The notes under the pieces: model-generated
The model's database searches: none
The model's input: the letters and a program-made list of their open reading frames with translations, nothing else
Told to the model about the DNA's origin: nothing
In this document: piece after piece, positions 29,696-39,894 of the stretch
How positions within the stretch are numbered: position 1 is the stretch's first letter
How the letters are laid out: every line of letters starts with the position of its first letter
Program-made: the position numbers and the translations under genes
Source: a virus
Taxonomy: Duplodnaviria > Caudoviricetes
Virus record (IMG/VR): IMGVR_UViG_3300021254_000020
Span: 64,001 to 128,000 of that record
Direction: 5' to 3' (one strand)
DNA length: 64,000 nt

Positions 29696-32182
29696 TTACT
29701 TCTTATCTTCTACAAGACAGTTGATATCCATATCCAAGAAGGATCTATCTATTTCAGGAATAAATTCCTCTTTCATGAATTGGATCCGTCTATAATCTTT
29801 TAGATACTTCTTGAATAAGGACTTGTGTTCTTTAGATAATATCCCTTCTACCTGCTCATACGTATAGAAATGGCCTTTAGTCATCTCGTCTTGTTGATCC
29901 ATCTTCTTAACGTATGACTTGTATTCCTGCTTGTATTCTCCAGTACAGATAAAGGTCATTGATCCATCATAATATATCCCTTCTGGATGAAGAATAACCT
30001 TATGCCATTCTGGGATCTTATCATAGATATGCTGCACCTCTACTCCAGTATATACTACGTTGGTAGGAATAATACGAGCCTCTTCTTTACATTCTCTAGA
30101 AGCAGTCTCTTCTATTCCCTCTTGAGGATCATCAATACCTCCTCCAGGAAGTTTGTAAGTAACTCCATATTGGTTAACCTTATTCTGTTTAACCAGATAC
30201 AGTTTACCTTCTTTGAATAACAGCATCTCCGCTCTTACTCTCCAGTTCTTACCATCCTTATGGAGTATAAGCTGAGGAGTTGATTTAGCATTCCTCTTAG
30301 GTTCACCATTATTATAAGTATAATGGCATTGTTTAATCTCACACTTATACGGTAACTTAGAGGAGGTTATTTCATTAGAAGTAATTGAGGTGGATTCTCT
30401 CATAGGTTGAATCTTACAAGGTATAGGAAACTCAGGAGATACTTTCATTAATCTAGAAGTATTGCATTTATAAATATGCTTCATAAACTCTAATGGTTCT
30501 AATCCATATCTTCTTACAGGAAGATACTTAATGACTATACCTCCACGTAGTTTATTACCTTTCCTAGATTCGTTCTCTCTTTGGGCCTTATCATAGAATT
30601 CTATTATTTCCATTTCAGAATTGAATTCTCTTATACCTTGATACTTGAACCAAGATGATTCGAATAGATATACCTTATCATTCTCCATATAAGCTAGCCA
30701 AGTGTGAGTAGGAGACATTCCTTTGGAATCATCATGCTCCATATAGTATAGAGAATAGGTTCCGTTCTTTAAGGATTTATTGGTTATCTTATATTTACCT
30801 CTGAATAGCTTATCGAATAGATAAGCCTCAGTTTCAGCAAAGTCCCAGCACACTCCAAGACAAATCCTGATAGTATCACGTGGATCCATAGTGGTATATT
30901 CATTGAAATCACTAGGATCTATGTATACTTCTCCTTCTTTTGAGAAGTAACCATATCTAAACCCATTCATGATATTATTAAGATCTTTAGGAGAATGAAC
31001 GTTGTTCTTCAGATAATACATGTTCTTAGCATAATTATCAATATACAACCCATTAGATAATCGTGATTCTGCTATTAGCATATTCGTTTCCTCTTTAACT
31101 ACATTTCTATTTACTATTACTTGATACTTATCTTTATAGACGATATCTTTATTATATATCTTGGTTTTAGATACTTTGATATATCTATCGTCTAATATAT
31201 TACAGAATATCTTTCTAGTCTTATCCCAAAAATGAGAGAATCCATCTTTAGTAAAATACGACTCATATCCTTTAGCGTATTCTGGAGGTTTGGGTAACCA
31301 ATTAATATTCGGATTAGTTAGTATCTCTTTCCATTCCTCTTTAGATACTGCCTTTTTAACAGCTTGGTATATTCCCTCTCCTTTGTAAGTTATCCGATAG
31401 TATACATTACTATCTTTTATATTACAATCTTCGAATATAGAACCTATCTTATCATACAATAATCCAAACTTTTTCTTTATAGTGTTCTTCATCGAATCTA
31501 TAAACGTATAATTAGTGACTTTATTATCGTATGGTAATTTTAGTGTGTTTAAGAAAGGCTCGTCATCTTGATGAATATCATGTCTTCCATAATACTTGTC
31601 ATAAGCCTTATACTGTTCTGCACTGGTACAATAATATGCATCGGTCACGTGAGAGAAGAACCCAGTAGAATATTTTTGCTTTATGTTTACCTTGATTCTA
31701 AATAAAAACATTTTCTTGTACGATTCCATTACTTCTTTTTCAGATTTAAATGGACCAAATAGTCCCATGTTTGGTCCTTCTCCATAGTCGCACACATACC
31801 ATCCAGTACCTGATTTACACACATTAACTATATGACCCATGCACCACCATCTAAGACCATCATTATCTGTAGCTGGTTCTGCAAATACAGCTATACGATA
31901 AATATTGGCTGGAATGTTTTTCTTTTTGCAGAAATAGTAGAAGAATATGGCATGATCCCAACAATTACCTTCAAATGTTTTCAAGATATCATCAGGCCAA
32001 CTAAAAGGTCTATCGTTTGTCTTTCCTTCTGGCCACTTAACTCTATGAAACTTATAGTAAGCCATGGCCTCTTCTGGAGTATCGAAATCTTTGCAGAAAT
32101 CGTCTAGATTCTTATACATCTTTTTGTAATTCTTAGTTTTTGAAGATTCATCTATCGGTTCTTTTGGTATAGTTATTATCAT
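29696..32182 (-). CDS. Multi-domain (polyvalent) protein: two transglutaminase/papain-like domains, a small unknown domain and a C-terminal Nudix hydrolase
   Basis: Triads GNCWDH...GHIVNV...CD and GVCWDF...THTWL...FE. Middle domain YYRITYKGEGIY...LPKPP...SYFT...YQV. Nudix box GGGIDDPQEGIEETASRECKEEARI. Confidence 0.8.
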   Translation of the reverse strand: MIITIPKEPIDESSKTKNYKKMYKNLDDFCKDFDTPEEAMAYYKFHRVKWPEGKTNDRPFSWPDDILKTFEGNCWDHAIFFYYFCKKKNIPANIYRIAVFAEPATDNDGLRWWCMGHIVNVCKSGTGWYVCDYGEGPNMGLFGPFKSEKEVMESYKKMFLFRIKVNIKQKYSTGFFSHVTDAYYCTSAEQYKAYDKYYGRHDIHQDDEPFLNTLKLPYDNKVTNYTFIDSMKNTIKKKFGLLYDKIGSIFEDCNIKDSNVYYRITYKGEGIYQAVKKAVSKEEWKEILTNPNINWLPKPPEYAKGYESYFTKDGFSHFWDKTRKIFCNILDDRYIKVSKTKIYNKDIVYKDKYQVIVNRNVVKEETNMLIAESRLSNGLYIDNYAKNMYYLKNNVHSPKDLNNIMNGFRYGYFSKEGEVYIDPSDFNEYTTMDPRDTIRICLGVCWDFAETEAYLFDKLFRGKYKITNKSLKNGTYSLYYMEHDDSKGMSPTHTWLAYMENDKVYLFESSWFKYQGIREFNSEMEIIEFYDKAQRENESRKGNKLRGGIVIKYLPVRRYGLEPLEFMKHIYKCNTSRLMKVSPEFPIPCKIQPMRESTSITSNEITSSKLPYKCEIKQCHYTYNNGEPKRNAKSTPQLILHKDGKNWRVRAEMLLFKEGKLYLVKQNKVNQYGVTYKLPGGGIDDPQEGIEETASRECKEEARIIPTNVVYTGVEVQHIYDKIPEWHKVILHPEGIYYDGSMTFICTGEYKQEYKSYVKKMDQQDEMTKGHFYTYEQVEGILSKEHKSLFKKYLKDYRRIQFMKEEFIPEIDRSFLDMDINCLVEDKK

Positions 32183-32187
32183 CTATA

Positions 32188-34155
32188 TCACCTCTCTTTA
32201 TTCCTCATCAAACAAGAGAGATCCATTTCTAAGAACGTACGATCTATATGAGGACCAAAGGTCTCATGCACAGTATCGTACTTCTTACCATCTAATACCT
32301 TATCTCTCACTTGGTTATTTAAGTCTCTCATCTCATCATATTTATGGATAAACTTCCACCACCATTTGAGGAATGCAGTATCTACTTTACATTCTGGTCT
32401 CTCAAACAGTTGTCTCTTCGTCATCCGGAACATAGACTTTATCATGCTAGTATTCTTAAATACCATCGGATAATCATTATATTCTGGATGCTCTATCAGG
32501 AACTCTTCTACTGCTCCCTCGATAACTTTTCTCTCTTTTTGGTTAAGAATCCAAGAGACACAACGATTCCATTCCTTCTTCCTAACATCTTTAGGAAGAT
32601 CATTGAATCCATTTCTATCTCCTTTATACTGAGTAGTAAACCATTTGTAAATCAGACTATGGGTCTTTTTCATCTCCTCATCAGAGTAATGGGAATTTCC
32701 TCTAATCTTATCAGTCTCTACGTATTGAGCATTATACTTCTTAGCCAACTTCTTACCAAGTGTACTCTTACCAGATCCTGATAATCCTAGAACAAAGATG
32801 GTTTTACATTCACCTTTATCCCATTTATCGAAGTTATAGTAGATATCATTACCACTTATTAGCAATGGGATATGAAGATCTCCAGTATTAGTTCCTATAA
32901 TATCCTCATATTCCATCTCTTTGGCCCCAGCCTTTTTCATGTCTTGATAGAACTGTTCCATCTTGGGACCTATCTTTTTAAGATTAGCATGCAATCTATT
33001 AGCTCCTTGGGCCATCTTAAATTTGAATTTCCCCAATGGAGTTTTATCCGGACTCCATCTTTCTGCATTCTCATCATCTATCCAAGCTCGTTTCCATGCT
33101 CTCATAGAAGAAGTAATAGCTGAAGTTCCTTTAAAGATAACAGCATAATCTTTGAGCGAATCAAATCCAGCTCCGCATAATTGACCCCCTTCAATGATAT
33201 GCTTGTCTCTATTACCATACCTTTCAATATATTTTCTAACGAAGAACTTTCCTTTATTAGGATTCTCTATTGTACCACCTGGACCTAGTTTGGAAAATTC
33301 ATCTTTATATGTTTCCTTCATCTCTTGATTTTCCATATCCATTTCACTAAGAGTACAATTATATTTCTTAGCTAATATTTTAGATAAAGTAGATTTACCA
33401 CTACCAGAGTATCCGCAGATGAACAGAAGATTTATATCTCCTCTTTTCCATTTATCTAGATTCCATACCAGATCCTTATCAGATATTAGTATAGATTCGT
33501 TTAATCCAATACTTTTATCTAATCCATTCTCTTTCTTATATAATCTTATAGCCTCTTCGTGAGCTGGGGTTAGATTGACCTCTTCTATCTTAACCCATTT
33601 AGCATCTCTAGCCATATCTTCATCTTTATCTTGGTCATCTATCTCTCCGGTATATAGACTATCACATATACCACAGCAGATCTGACTATAATCTCCCCAA
33701 GTAGTCCACTCTTGTTCTGTACCATCCGGAGATTGATTAATGTAATAGATGTGAGAATCCCACGAATCTCTTACATTCATTCTCACTTCCTGTTTTACTT
33801 CTATGATGGCAGTCTCTAGGAAGCTCTTCCCTTCCATTAATCCACCACCTGGTAATTCAAAGGGTACATTACTATTCTTATAGGAGGGATTATCTCTAAC
33901 CAGTATCTCTCCAGTCTTGTCGTTGAATACAATCATTTCTGCTCTAGGACGTAATCGTTTCCCATTCCAAACTAGGATTGGTTGTGGACCATGATCCTCA
34001 TGTCCCTTAATAACTTCGAACTTAATGTCTCTTTCTGGAACTACGTGTCCTACATTGTAATGCGGTCTAGTATCATTCCATAGAGCAGTATCCTTATTGA
34101 TAGTAGGATCCTTGAATTTATCCTCAGCCATTGACTCATTTATCTTAACTAACAT
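32188..34155 (-). CDS. Multi-domain protein: Nudix hydrolase plus two P-loop (NMP/adenylate kinase-like) domains
   Basis: LPGGGLMEGKSFLETAIIEVKQEVRM (Nudix); Walker A motifs GYSGSGKST and GLSGSGKST, each followed by IIEG/VIEG. Late promoter variant at 34177-34191. Confidence 0.85.
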   Translation of the reverse strand: MLVKINESMAEDKFKDPTINKDTALWNDTRPHYNVGHVVPERDIKFEVIKGHEDHGPQPILVWNGKRLRPRAEMIVFNDKTGEILVRDNPSYKNSNVPFELPGGGLMEGKSFLETAIIEVKQEVRMNVRDSWDSHIYYINQSPDGTEQEWTTWGDYSQICCGICDSLYTGEIDDQDKDEDMARDAKWVKIEEVNLTPAHEEAIRLYKKENGLDKSIGLNESILISDKDLVWNLDKWKRGDINLLFICGYSGSGKSTLSKILAKKYNCTLSEMDMENQEMKETYKDEFSKLGPGGTIENPNKGKFFVRKYIERYGNRDKHIIEGGQLCGAGFDSLKDYAVIFKGTSAITSSMRAWKRAWIDDENAERWSPDKTPLGKFKFKMAQGANRLHANLKKIGPKMEQFYQDMKKAGAKEMEYEDIIGTNTGDLHIPLLISGNDIYYNFDKWDKGECKTIFVLGLSGSGKSTLGKKLAKKYNAQYVETDKIRGNSHYSDEEMKKTHSLIYKWFTTQYKGDRNGFNDLPKDVRKKEWNRCVSWILNQKERKVIEGAVEEFLIEHPEYNDYPMVFKNTSMIKSMFRMTKRQLFERPECKVDTAFLKWWWKFIHKYDEMRDLNNQVRDKVLDGKKYDTVHETFGPHIDRTFLEMDLSCLMRNKER

Positions 34156-34203
34156 ATTTTATTCAACTCCTCTCTCAATTACTTAGAAGTCAATCTAACG
34201 GTA

Positions 34204-34236
34204 AAAAGAAGGGGATAGGGATTGCTCCCTATCCCC
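34204..34236 (-). terminator. Terminator
   Basis: GGGGATAGGGA-loop-TCCCTATCCCC with a T tail on the minus strand. Confidence 0.8.
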
Positions 34237-34241
34237 ATTAA

Positions 34242-34601
34242 TTACTTAGTTTCATGAGCTTCATCTATGAAGTCTCGCATTATACTGCATATTACTTTAC
34301 TCATCTCAAACCAGTTATCATCTATTTGTTTAAATAACTCTTCTGCTTTATTTATTCTTGGTTCATATTTCTCTAATTTACCCATAGAATGTGCTTTAAA
34401 CATGAGCAACATAAACAGTGCTCTTGTATCTCTAGACAATTGTCTCATTTCTTCTGATATTCTCATACCAGCTTCTGGACCATCTCCGTATTCATTTTTG
34501 AATACTTTTACGTAATCTATTATTTCATCTTCTAATAGTTCTCTTTTCATTTTTCTTCTTTCTTCGAGAACCTTGTATAATTCTATTATCTTATCAGCCA
34601 T
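34242..34601 (-). CDS. Hypothetical helical protein
   Basis: 119-aa ORF in an operon. Confidence 0.7.
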   Translation of the reverse strand: MADKIIELYKVLEERRKMKRELLEDEIIDYVKVFKNEYGDGPEAGMRISEEMRQLSRDTRALFMLLMFKAHSMGKLEKYEPRINKAEELFKQIDDNWFEMSKVICSIMRDFIDEAHETK

Positions 34602-34613
34602 TGTATCTTCCCC

Positions 34614-35255
34614 CTATATAGCCTTAATAGTATTATATCTACGTATTATTGTATCCATCTCTGGAGTATCAATCTGATATACATAGAATTTAGTATATTT
34701 CTGTTTATGATAGTTAACAGTAAATATCTTCAAACCATATTCCTTAGCAATAGCCTCTATATCTTCTGCTATATCATTCGCAATTGCTGGATCGGAACTT
34801 ACCCAATGGACTACTAACTCAACATATGGCTCTTTACACAATCCAGTACCCATATTAAACATAGCATCATATATACCGCTAATCATCTTATTAGATGGAC
34901 TATCTGGATCTAATATACCGGTTGCTGCTATTGGACACATTGCGATATAACGTAAGGGTAGATATGGTTTGTATAAATCAGCTCTAGTCTTTCTAAATAT
35001 ATTTATCACAACACCATATAGATTCATATAATCTACGATAGTTACCCTAGGACAGATAAAATCAAATACCAAATCATTTGGCAGAATTTCATTTACTCTA
35101 TTCATAACCTCCTTTTTAAACTGATTCTTATCGTGAGCATAATCAAACACTATCCCGAAACTAATAGAGTGTATCGGTTTCATATCAGACGTGTTGATAG
35201 CTCTTCTTGTAAATGTGAGTATCTCCTCTATTGCTTCCTCGTACGGTCCTTCCAT
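34614..35255 (-). CDS. Hypothetical protein, paralog of the 35267..35962 product
   Basis: Shares P..aTGI.D..SP.N and the C-terminal IRR.N pattern with the next ORF. Confidence 0.65.
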   Translation of the reverse strand: MEGPYEEAIEEILTFTRRAINTSDMKPIHSISFGIVFDYAHDKNQFKKEVMNRVNEILPNDLVFDFICPRVTIVDYMNLYGVVINIFRKTRADLYKPYLPLRYIAMCPIAATGILDPDSPSNKMISGIYDAMFNMGTGLCKEPYVELVVHWVSSDPAIANDIAEDIEAIAKEYGLKIFTVNYHKQKYTKFYVYQIDTPEMDTIIRRYNTIKAI

Positions 35256-35266
35256 TAATATACCTC

Positions 35267-35962
35267 CTATTTAACTACATGAAATAGATTTAATCGACGT
35301 ATTTCTTTTTCAACATCTTTATTCATATCTTTATATATTAGGATATGAGTCTCGTTACCGATAGTCTTAATATAACACTGTAATTCGACTCCAGATTTCT
35401 TAATCCACGATAACACACAATTTTCCATCTCCTTTTCTGTATAAGTAATCTTTGGAGATGGGATATTTCTAATTACACAGAATGGCCTATTGTATACCAA
35501 CAACTGATATCCCGCTCTACCAATAGCTTTAACGAATTCATTAACTGGGGATTCTAGGATATCAAAGATACCAGTAAATAATTGTGGAGCTGCAAACATA
35601 TGTGCAAAGGTAGTGGCTCCATCATAGTAATCAGGATTATCTGGACTCTTAGCAAATAATATTAATGATGATTTATTTGAGCTGGTATCCTTATATGTAG
35701 ATAAAAATATTTCGATTTTATCTAGATCTATATTATCTTTTACTATCTTCGCTATTTCTTTACTAAAATCATCTACATCGATTGTTGGACCATTATCAAT
35801 AGCAGTTATTACTTCTATTGGTACTTTTAGAATATCATCAACATTGATTTTTAATATGTCTTCTTTGATATCCTCCAATATATCCTCATCATATTCCATT
35901 ATATTCCTCCTAACAAAATAACACACTAAATGGGCTAGGGAGAAGATCCCTAGCCCTCTCAC
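35267..35962 (-). CDS. Hypothetical protein, paralog of the 34614..35255 product
   Basis: Likely true start is MEYDED (AGGAGG RBS); APQLFTGIFDILESPVN. Confidence 0.65.
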   Translation of the reverse strand: MRGLGIFSLAHLVCYFVRRNIMEYDEDILEDIKEDILKINVDDILKVPIEVITAIDNGPTIDVDDFSKEIAKIVKDNIDLDKIEIFLSTYKDTSSNKSSLILFAKSPDNPDYYDGATTFAHMFAAPQLFTGIFDILESPVNEFVKAIGRAGYQLLVYNRPFCVIRNIPSPKITYTEKEMENCVLSWIKKSGVELQCYIKTIGNETHILIYKDMNKDVEKEIRRLNLFHVVK

Positions 35963-35989
35963 TATAATAGTATATTACTATTTAGATTT

Positions 35990-37300
35990 TTAACCCCACT
36001 TAACAATTATACCAATAGCATTGGTAATATCATTGTCACCATAGAATTCCTTAATCTGATAACCAAGGACTCTCAGCGCATCGATTACGTCAGTCTTATA
36101 TTCCATATTCCAAGGAATGCTATAAGAGTGATACATAATCTGACACAGATAGAGACCCTTGCCGGCTGATACTTTGGCACGGTTGGTAATTGCACTTACA
36201 ATAGCTGCTACAGCCTCTTCTTTAGGAACAGTATGAGAATTGTACTCATCAGCAATTACCTTACATTCGCTTGCACTGTATTCGTCTTCAGTATCCGGAT
36301 CTTCAATCTCCTTTACATCTACGGCAGTTTCTTCAGCTACCGGAGTAAATGGTTTACCAGCTGCAGCTGCTGCTTCAGCAATCTCAGCATGACCATAGAT
36401 CTTAACAGCCTGAGTACCAGGGTTAGCATTGGTAATATTCTCAGGATGGGCAATACCAATAGTGACTTCATCAGCCTGTTTAGTATCAAGCAAATAAGCA
36501 CCGATAGCAGGTTTGAAATCACTACTAGTAACTGTAGCATCACCAGTGATAGTAATCTCAGTATTAGTACCTTTAGGATCACTATAAGTACCGCTCAGTA
36601 CGCAGATGGTATCACCAAGCCAGATACAACCAGAGGTAGTAATATTAGCACCAATTTCGTCACAGGATTCTGCGGTGATCGTAGTAGCGATGATTTTAGC
36701 ATCACCAGATACAAACAACTGACCCATACGCATCTGAACGCCCTGTACAGTACCACCAGAAATATTGATAATACCCTGAGCAGGGAAATAGATGGCATAA
36801 GCACGGTCTGCTAGCAGCTCACCACCAGTTATATTGAAAGTAGCACCACCGGTAGTGTTATTAGTGGACAGAGCAGATCCCTGGCTAACAATAATCTTAC
36901 CAGAGTTGAAGTTTACTTCGGCACCATTCTTGGCATAAACACCATAGCAATAATTGGCATCATTACCACCATATTTAATAGTGTCAATAGTGATACCATC
37001 GATATTGAGTACGGAACCACCATCAGCAGTGTAAACAGCAGCATTTGTATATTTGGTTGTAGTAGCAATAGTACCTTTACCATTAAGAGTAAGTGTACCA
37101 ATGGTTTGATTAATAATCCCACTTACACCCTTAATTTCTACACCTTCATTAAGTGTAATCGTTACGTCACGAGATACTACAAACTGCTTAATATCACCTG
37201 AAGTAATATCAATAGAATTCGTAACTACAATATTAGTAGCTTCTACATTTGCAAGAGCATCTTTGAGCTCCAATGCAGTTGATACATTTACAATAGACAT
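35990..37300 (-). CDS. Beta-helix (pectin-lyase-like repeat) virion surface protein
   Basis: Gly/Thr/Asn-rich repeats (TLTLNGKGTI, FNITGGEL, INISGGTV). Start MSIVN with AAGGAGG RBS, late promoter at 37331-37345, optimised codons. Confidence 0.65.
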   Translation of the reverse strand: MSIVNVSTALELKDALANVEATNIVVTNSIDITSGDIKQFVVSRDVTITLNEGVEIKGVSGIINQTIGTLTLNGKGTIATTTKYTNAAVYTADGGSVLNIDGITIDTIKYGGNDANYCYGVYAKNGAEVNFNSGKIIVSQGSALSTNNTTGGATFNITGGELLADRAYAIYFPAQGIINISGGTVQGVQMRMGQLFVSGDAKIIATTITAESCDEIGANITTSGCIWLGDTICVLSGTYSDPKGTNTEITITGDATVTSSDFKPAIGAYLLDTKQADEVTIGIAHPENITNANPGTQAVKIYGHAEIAEAAAAAGKPFTPVAEETAVDVKEIEDPDTEDEYSASECKVIADEYNSHTVPKEEAVAAIVSAITNRAKVSAGKGLYLCQIMYHSYSIPWNMEYKTDVIDALRVLGYQIKEFYGDNDITNAIGIIVKWG

Positions 37301-37360
37301 TTTATTTCCTCCTTTATTATAGAGCAGGTTCATTATGGAGATGTCGTTGATATCAATTAA

Positions 37361-38023
37361 TTATATATTTCGCATCTCTGTATCTTTGGTTAATATATGG
37401 GATCTAAGACTATTTATATGATCTTCCCAATTATCATAGGCTGGTAATAATTCTATTATATCTTGAACTAGATATTTTACATCATATCCATCTCTTTTGA
37501 ATCGTCTAAATAATGATTTATATTTAGAAGTGCCAACAAATATAATTGGTTCTTCAAATAGCCCATGGCTCATCATGAAAATAGGTATGTCTACGCCTTC
37601 TATTATCTTTCTAGATTTGTGTTTAATACACCATGAAAGGAATTTGTCTATTTTTTTAATAGCTATTGCATTTTGTTTTTTAGAATCAAAATCATAATTT
37701 TTAGCCCAATTTTTATCCTCATGGCCTTGGCTAATGTATTCGTATAATAACGGAATATCCTTAGCTAACTTATTTTCATCCATCTTATACATATTAAACA
37801 AATCGTCAGTACTTACAATCGTGCATTTATATTTTTTGGCAAGTTTCTTACATAGAGTGGACTTACCAGATCCAGACATTCCTGTCACAAACAATGTACT
37901 GGATTTCCCAGATTCAAATTTACTTAAATTACATGCAATATGATCCTCAGAGATAAATTTATTCATTCTAGTAGATATCCAATTATTAGATTCAGACAAG
38001 TTATTCCAGTTAATATATTGCAT
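37361..38023 (-). CDS. P-loop kinase, paralog of the kinase domains of 32188..34155
   Basis: GMSGSGKST and KIIEG; leader MQYINWNNLSES; start moved to 38023. Confidence 0.8.
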   Translation of the reverse strand: MQYINWNNLSESNNWISTRMNKFISEDHIACNLSKFESGKSSTLFVTGMSGSGKSTLCKKLAKKYKCTIVSTDDLFNMYKMDENKLAKDIPLLYEYISQGHEDKNWAKNYDFDSKKQNAIAIKKIDKFLSWCIKHKSRKIIEGVDIPIFMMSHGLFEEPIIFVGTSKYKSLFRRFKRDGYDVKYLVQDIIELLPAYDNWEDHINSLRSHILTKDTEMRNI

Positions 38024-38092
38024 AGTACCACCTCTTATAGTACTCTTAAATAAATCCCTAGACCTAATTGGTCTAGGGACCATTAGTTAGTA

Positions 38093-39220
38093 TTAACCAG
38101 CCTTATTCTGCAGATAGCCCATCAGCTTATCGATAACTGAGAGAATCTTAGCTGCTACTCTCTTAAGTTTTGCAGCTATACCAGAATCTTGAGATGCTTG
38201 AGCTTTCTTCATAAACTTAGCATAGATGCTGCGTAAAGAAGCAATCTTCTTACCAATCACAGACTTAGGCTTATTTTGATAACTCTTGTATGCAGCCAAT
38301 GCAGCACCAGCTCCAGCCAATCCAATAGCTCCTGCAGCCAGCTTTCCTTTATTCTCTGAAGCAAAGTCTTTTACTTTTTCAAAAGTACCCTTTTCAGGAG
38401 CTGCTTTTGCAGGTTCAACCTTAGCAGGAAGATTGTTTACTTCCCCTTTGCTATCAGGTTTGCTGGTAGGAGCATTATCTGGTTCATCTTTAATCTGCAT
38501 TTGGGGAGCAGCTTGAGACTGTGTTTCTTTTTCTTCATTAGCCTTCTTTTCTGCTTCTTCCCTCTTAGACTGATTCAGTTTCATTTTATAGAGACGATCA
38601 GTAGCTGCATCAATATTCTTCAGCTTCTTCTCTTTCTTAGCATTTGCTGCTTGGATCTCATTATGAGCATCTGCTGCACTCTTATCACCAAAATAGAATG
38701 ACTTGTTAGCTGCGTATCTTTCATCAGCATTCTTTTGTTCTGCTTTCTCTATATGGCGCTTACGCATCTCTACCATTTTCTTCATCTGATCTGCGGTTAC
38801 CTCTTCAGATAGGCACAGATCAACGAACTCTTCTTCACTGATATCTTCATTGAAGAAATCAATGCAAGCTTCTTCCATAATGGAGTAGATTAGAGAGTCT
38901 TCATTTACAGGACGGATGAGAAGATTAGAGAAATTGATATCATTACCATATACTTCCGATTCATCCATTACTATACTCATTGAAGACGAATCAATGTTAT
39001 TAGCATTAGCTAACTCAGATACTATCTGCATTACCGGAGTATTGGTCTGCTCTGATAGATTATTAAGATAATAGTAATCTACCAAATAGTTACCATCTTC
39101 TTTTGCTACAACTGGAATCTCATTACAGTTAATACTAGCTTCTTCTTGAGTTAGATAAACTGCCTCATCTAGTTTATCAAAGATACTAGGTTTATACAGC
39201 TGTGATTCTTTGATTAACAT
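38093..39220 (-). CDS. Paralog array member 1 (pro-domain + variable region + Gly/Ala helix + cationic amphipathic hairpin)
   Basis: MLIKESQL...LDEAVYLTQEE; LAAGAIGLAGAGAALAAY; KPKSVIGKKIASLR...KILSVIDKL. Confidence 0.85.
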   Translation of the reverse strand: MLIKESQLYKPSIFDKLDEAVYLTQEEASINCNEIPVVAKEDGNYLVDYYYLNNLSEQTNTPVMQIVSELANANNIDSSSMSIVMDESEVYGNDINFSNLLIRPVNEDSLIYSIMEEACIDFFNEDISEEEFVDLCLSEEVTADQMKKMVEMRKRHIEKAEQKNADERYAANKSFYFGDKSAADAHNEIQAANAKKEKKLKNIDAATDRLYKMKLNQSKREEAEKKANEEKETQSQAAPQMQIKDEPDNAPTSKPDSKGEVNNLPAKVEPAKAAPEKGTFEKVKDFASENKGKLAAGAIGLAGAGAALAAYKSYQNKPKSVIGKKIASLRSIYAKFMKKAQASQDSGIAAKLKRVAAKILSVIDKLMGYLQNKAG

Positions 39221-39235
39221 TTATATCACCTACCA

Positions 39236-39880
39236 TTACTTACGGGCAAACTCTCTACTAAAGTTACTACTAGCCTTTTGAGCAAACTTGAGAAGTTTAT
39301 CAATAGCTTCAGTAACCTTAGTGGCTACTTTTTGAAGAACATTCTTTTCTTTAGGAAGAATACCTCCACCATTGATTTTCTTTTTGAGTTTTGCTAATAC
39401 TTTTCTAAGAGAGGCAATCTTCTTTGCGATTACACCTACCGGTTTGTTTTCATAATCGTATATCTTCTTTAACCCAGTAGCTGCAGTAAGAGCTGCTGCG
39501 GCAGGCATAGACCATTTCATTACTTTTTCTGTAGTAGGATGAGCCCAGAATGCCATTGCTGCCAGTTTCTTTTTCTGAGGTTGATGCACTCCAATAGCTC
39601 TAGCACGACTCTCCATATCTCCAGGCATATCCATTATGAATTTTCTTACTTTAAACGGATTACTAGATATATTTTTAGCATCGTCTTTGATCTGTGAATA
39701 TTGATCCATTCCAAGGCTCATATTGCCCTTATGCTTATATAGAATATCCATATCGTCGTCATCTTTATCTTCACAGAACGAGATAAGATAAGATTCATCC
39801 AACGTCTCTATATATTTACCAACAGCTTCTTCGCACAGCTGATAAATAGGATCGTTTTCATTTACAGTAGTTAATAGCAT
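39236..39880 (-). CDS. Paralog array member 2 (shortened pro-domain)
   Basis: MLLTTVNENDPIYQLCEE; KPVGVIAKKIASLR...AIDKLL. Confidence 0.8.
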   Translation of the reverse strand: MLLTTVNENDPIYQLCEEAVGKYIETLDESYLISFCEDKDDDDMDILYKHKGNMSLGMDQYSQIKDDAKNISSNPFKVRKFIMDMPGDMESRARAIGVHQPQKKKLAAMAFWAHPTTEKVMKWSMPAAAALTAATGLKKIYDYENKPVGVIAKKIASLRKVLAKLKKKINGGGILPKEKNVLQKVATKVTEAIDKLLKFAQKASSNFSREFARK

Positions 39881-39894
39881 CTCTATTCCTCCTT

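Noticed and set aside
36233-37122. Several overlapping alternative-frame ORFs inside the beta-helix gene
   Set aside because: By-products of biased codon usage, with no independent translation signals.
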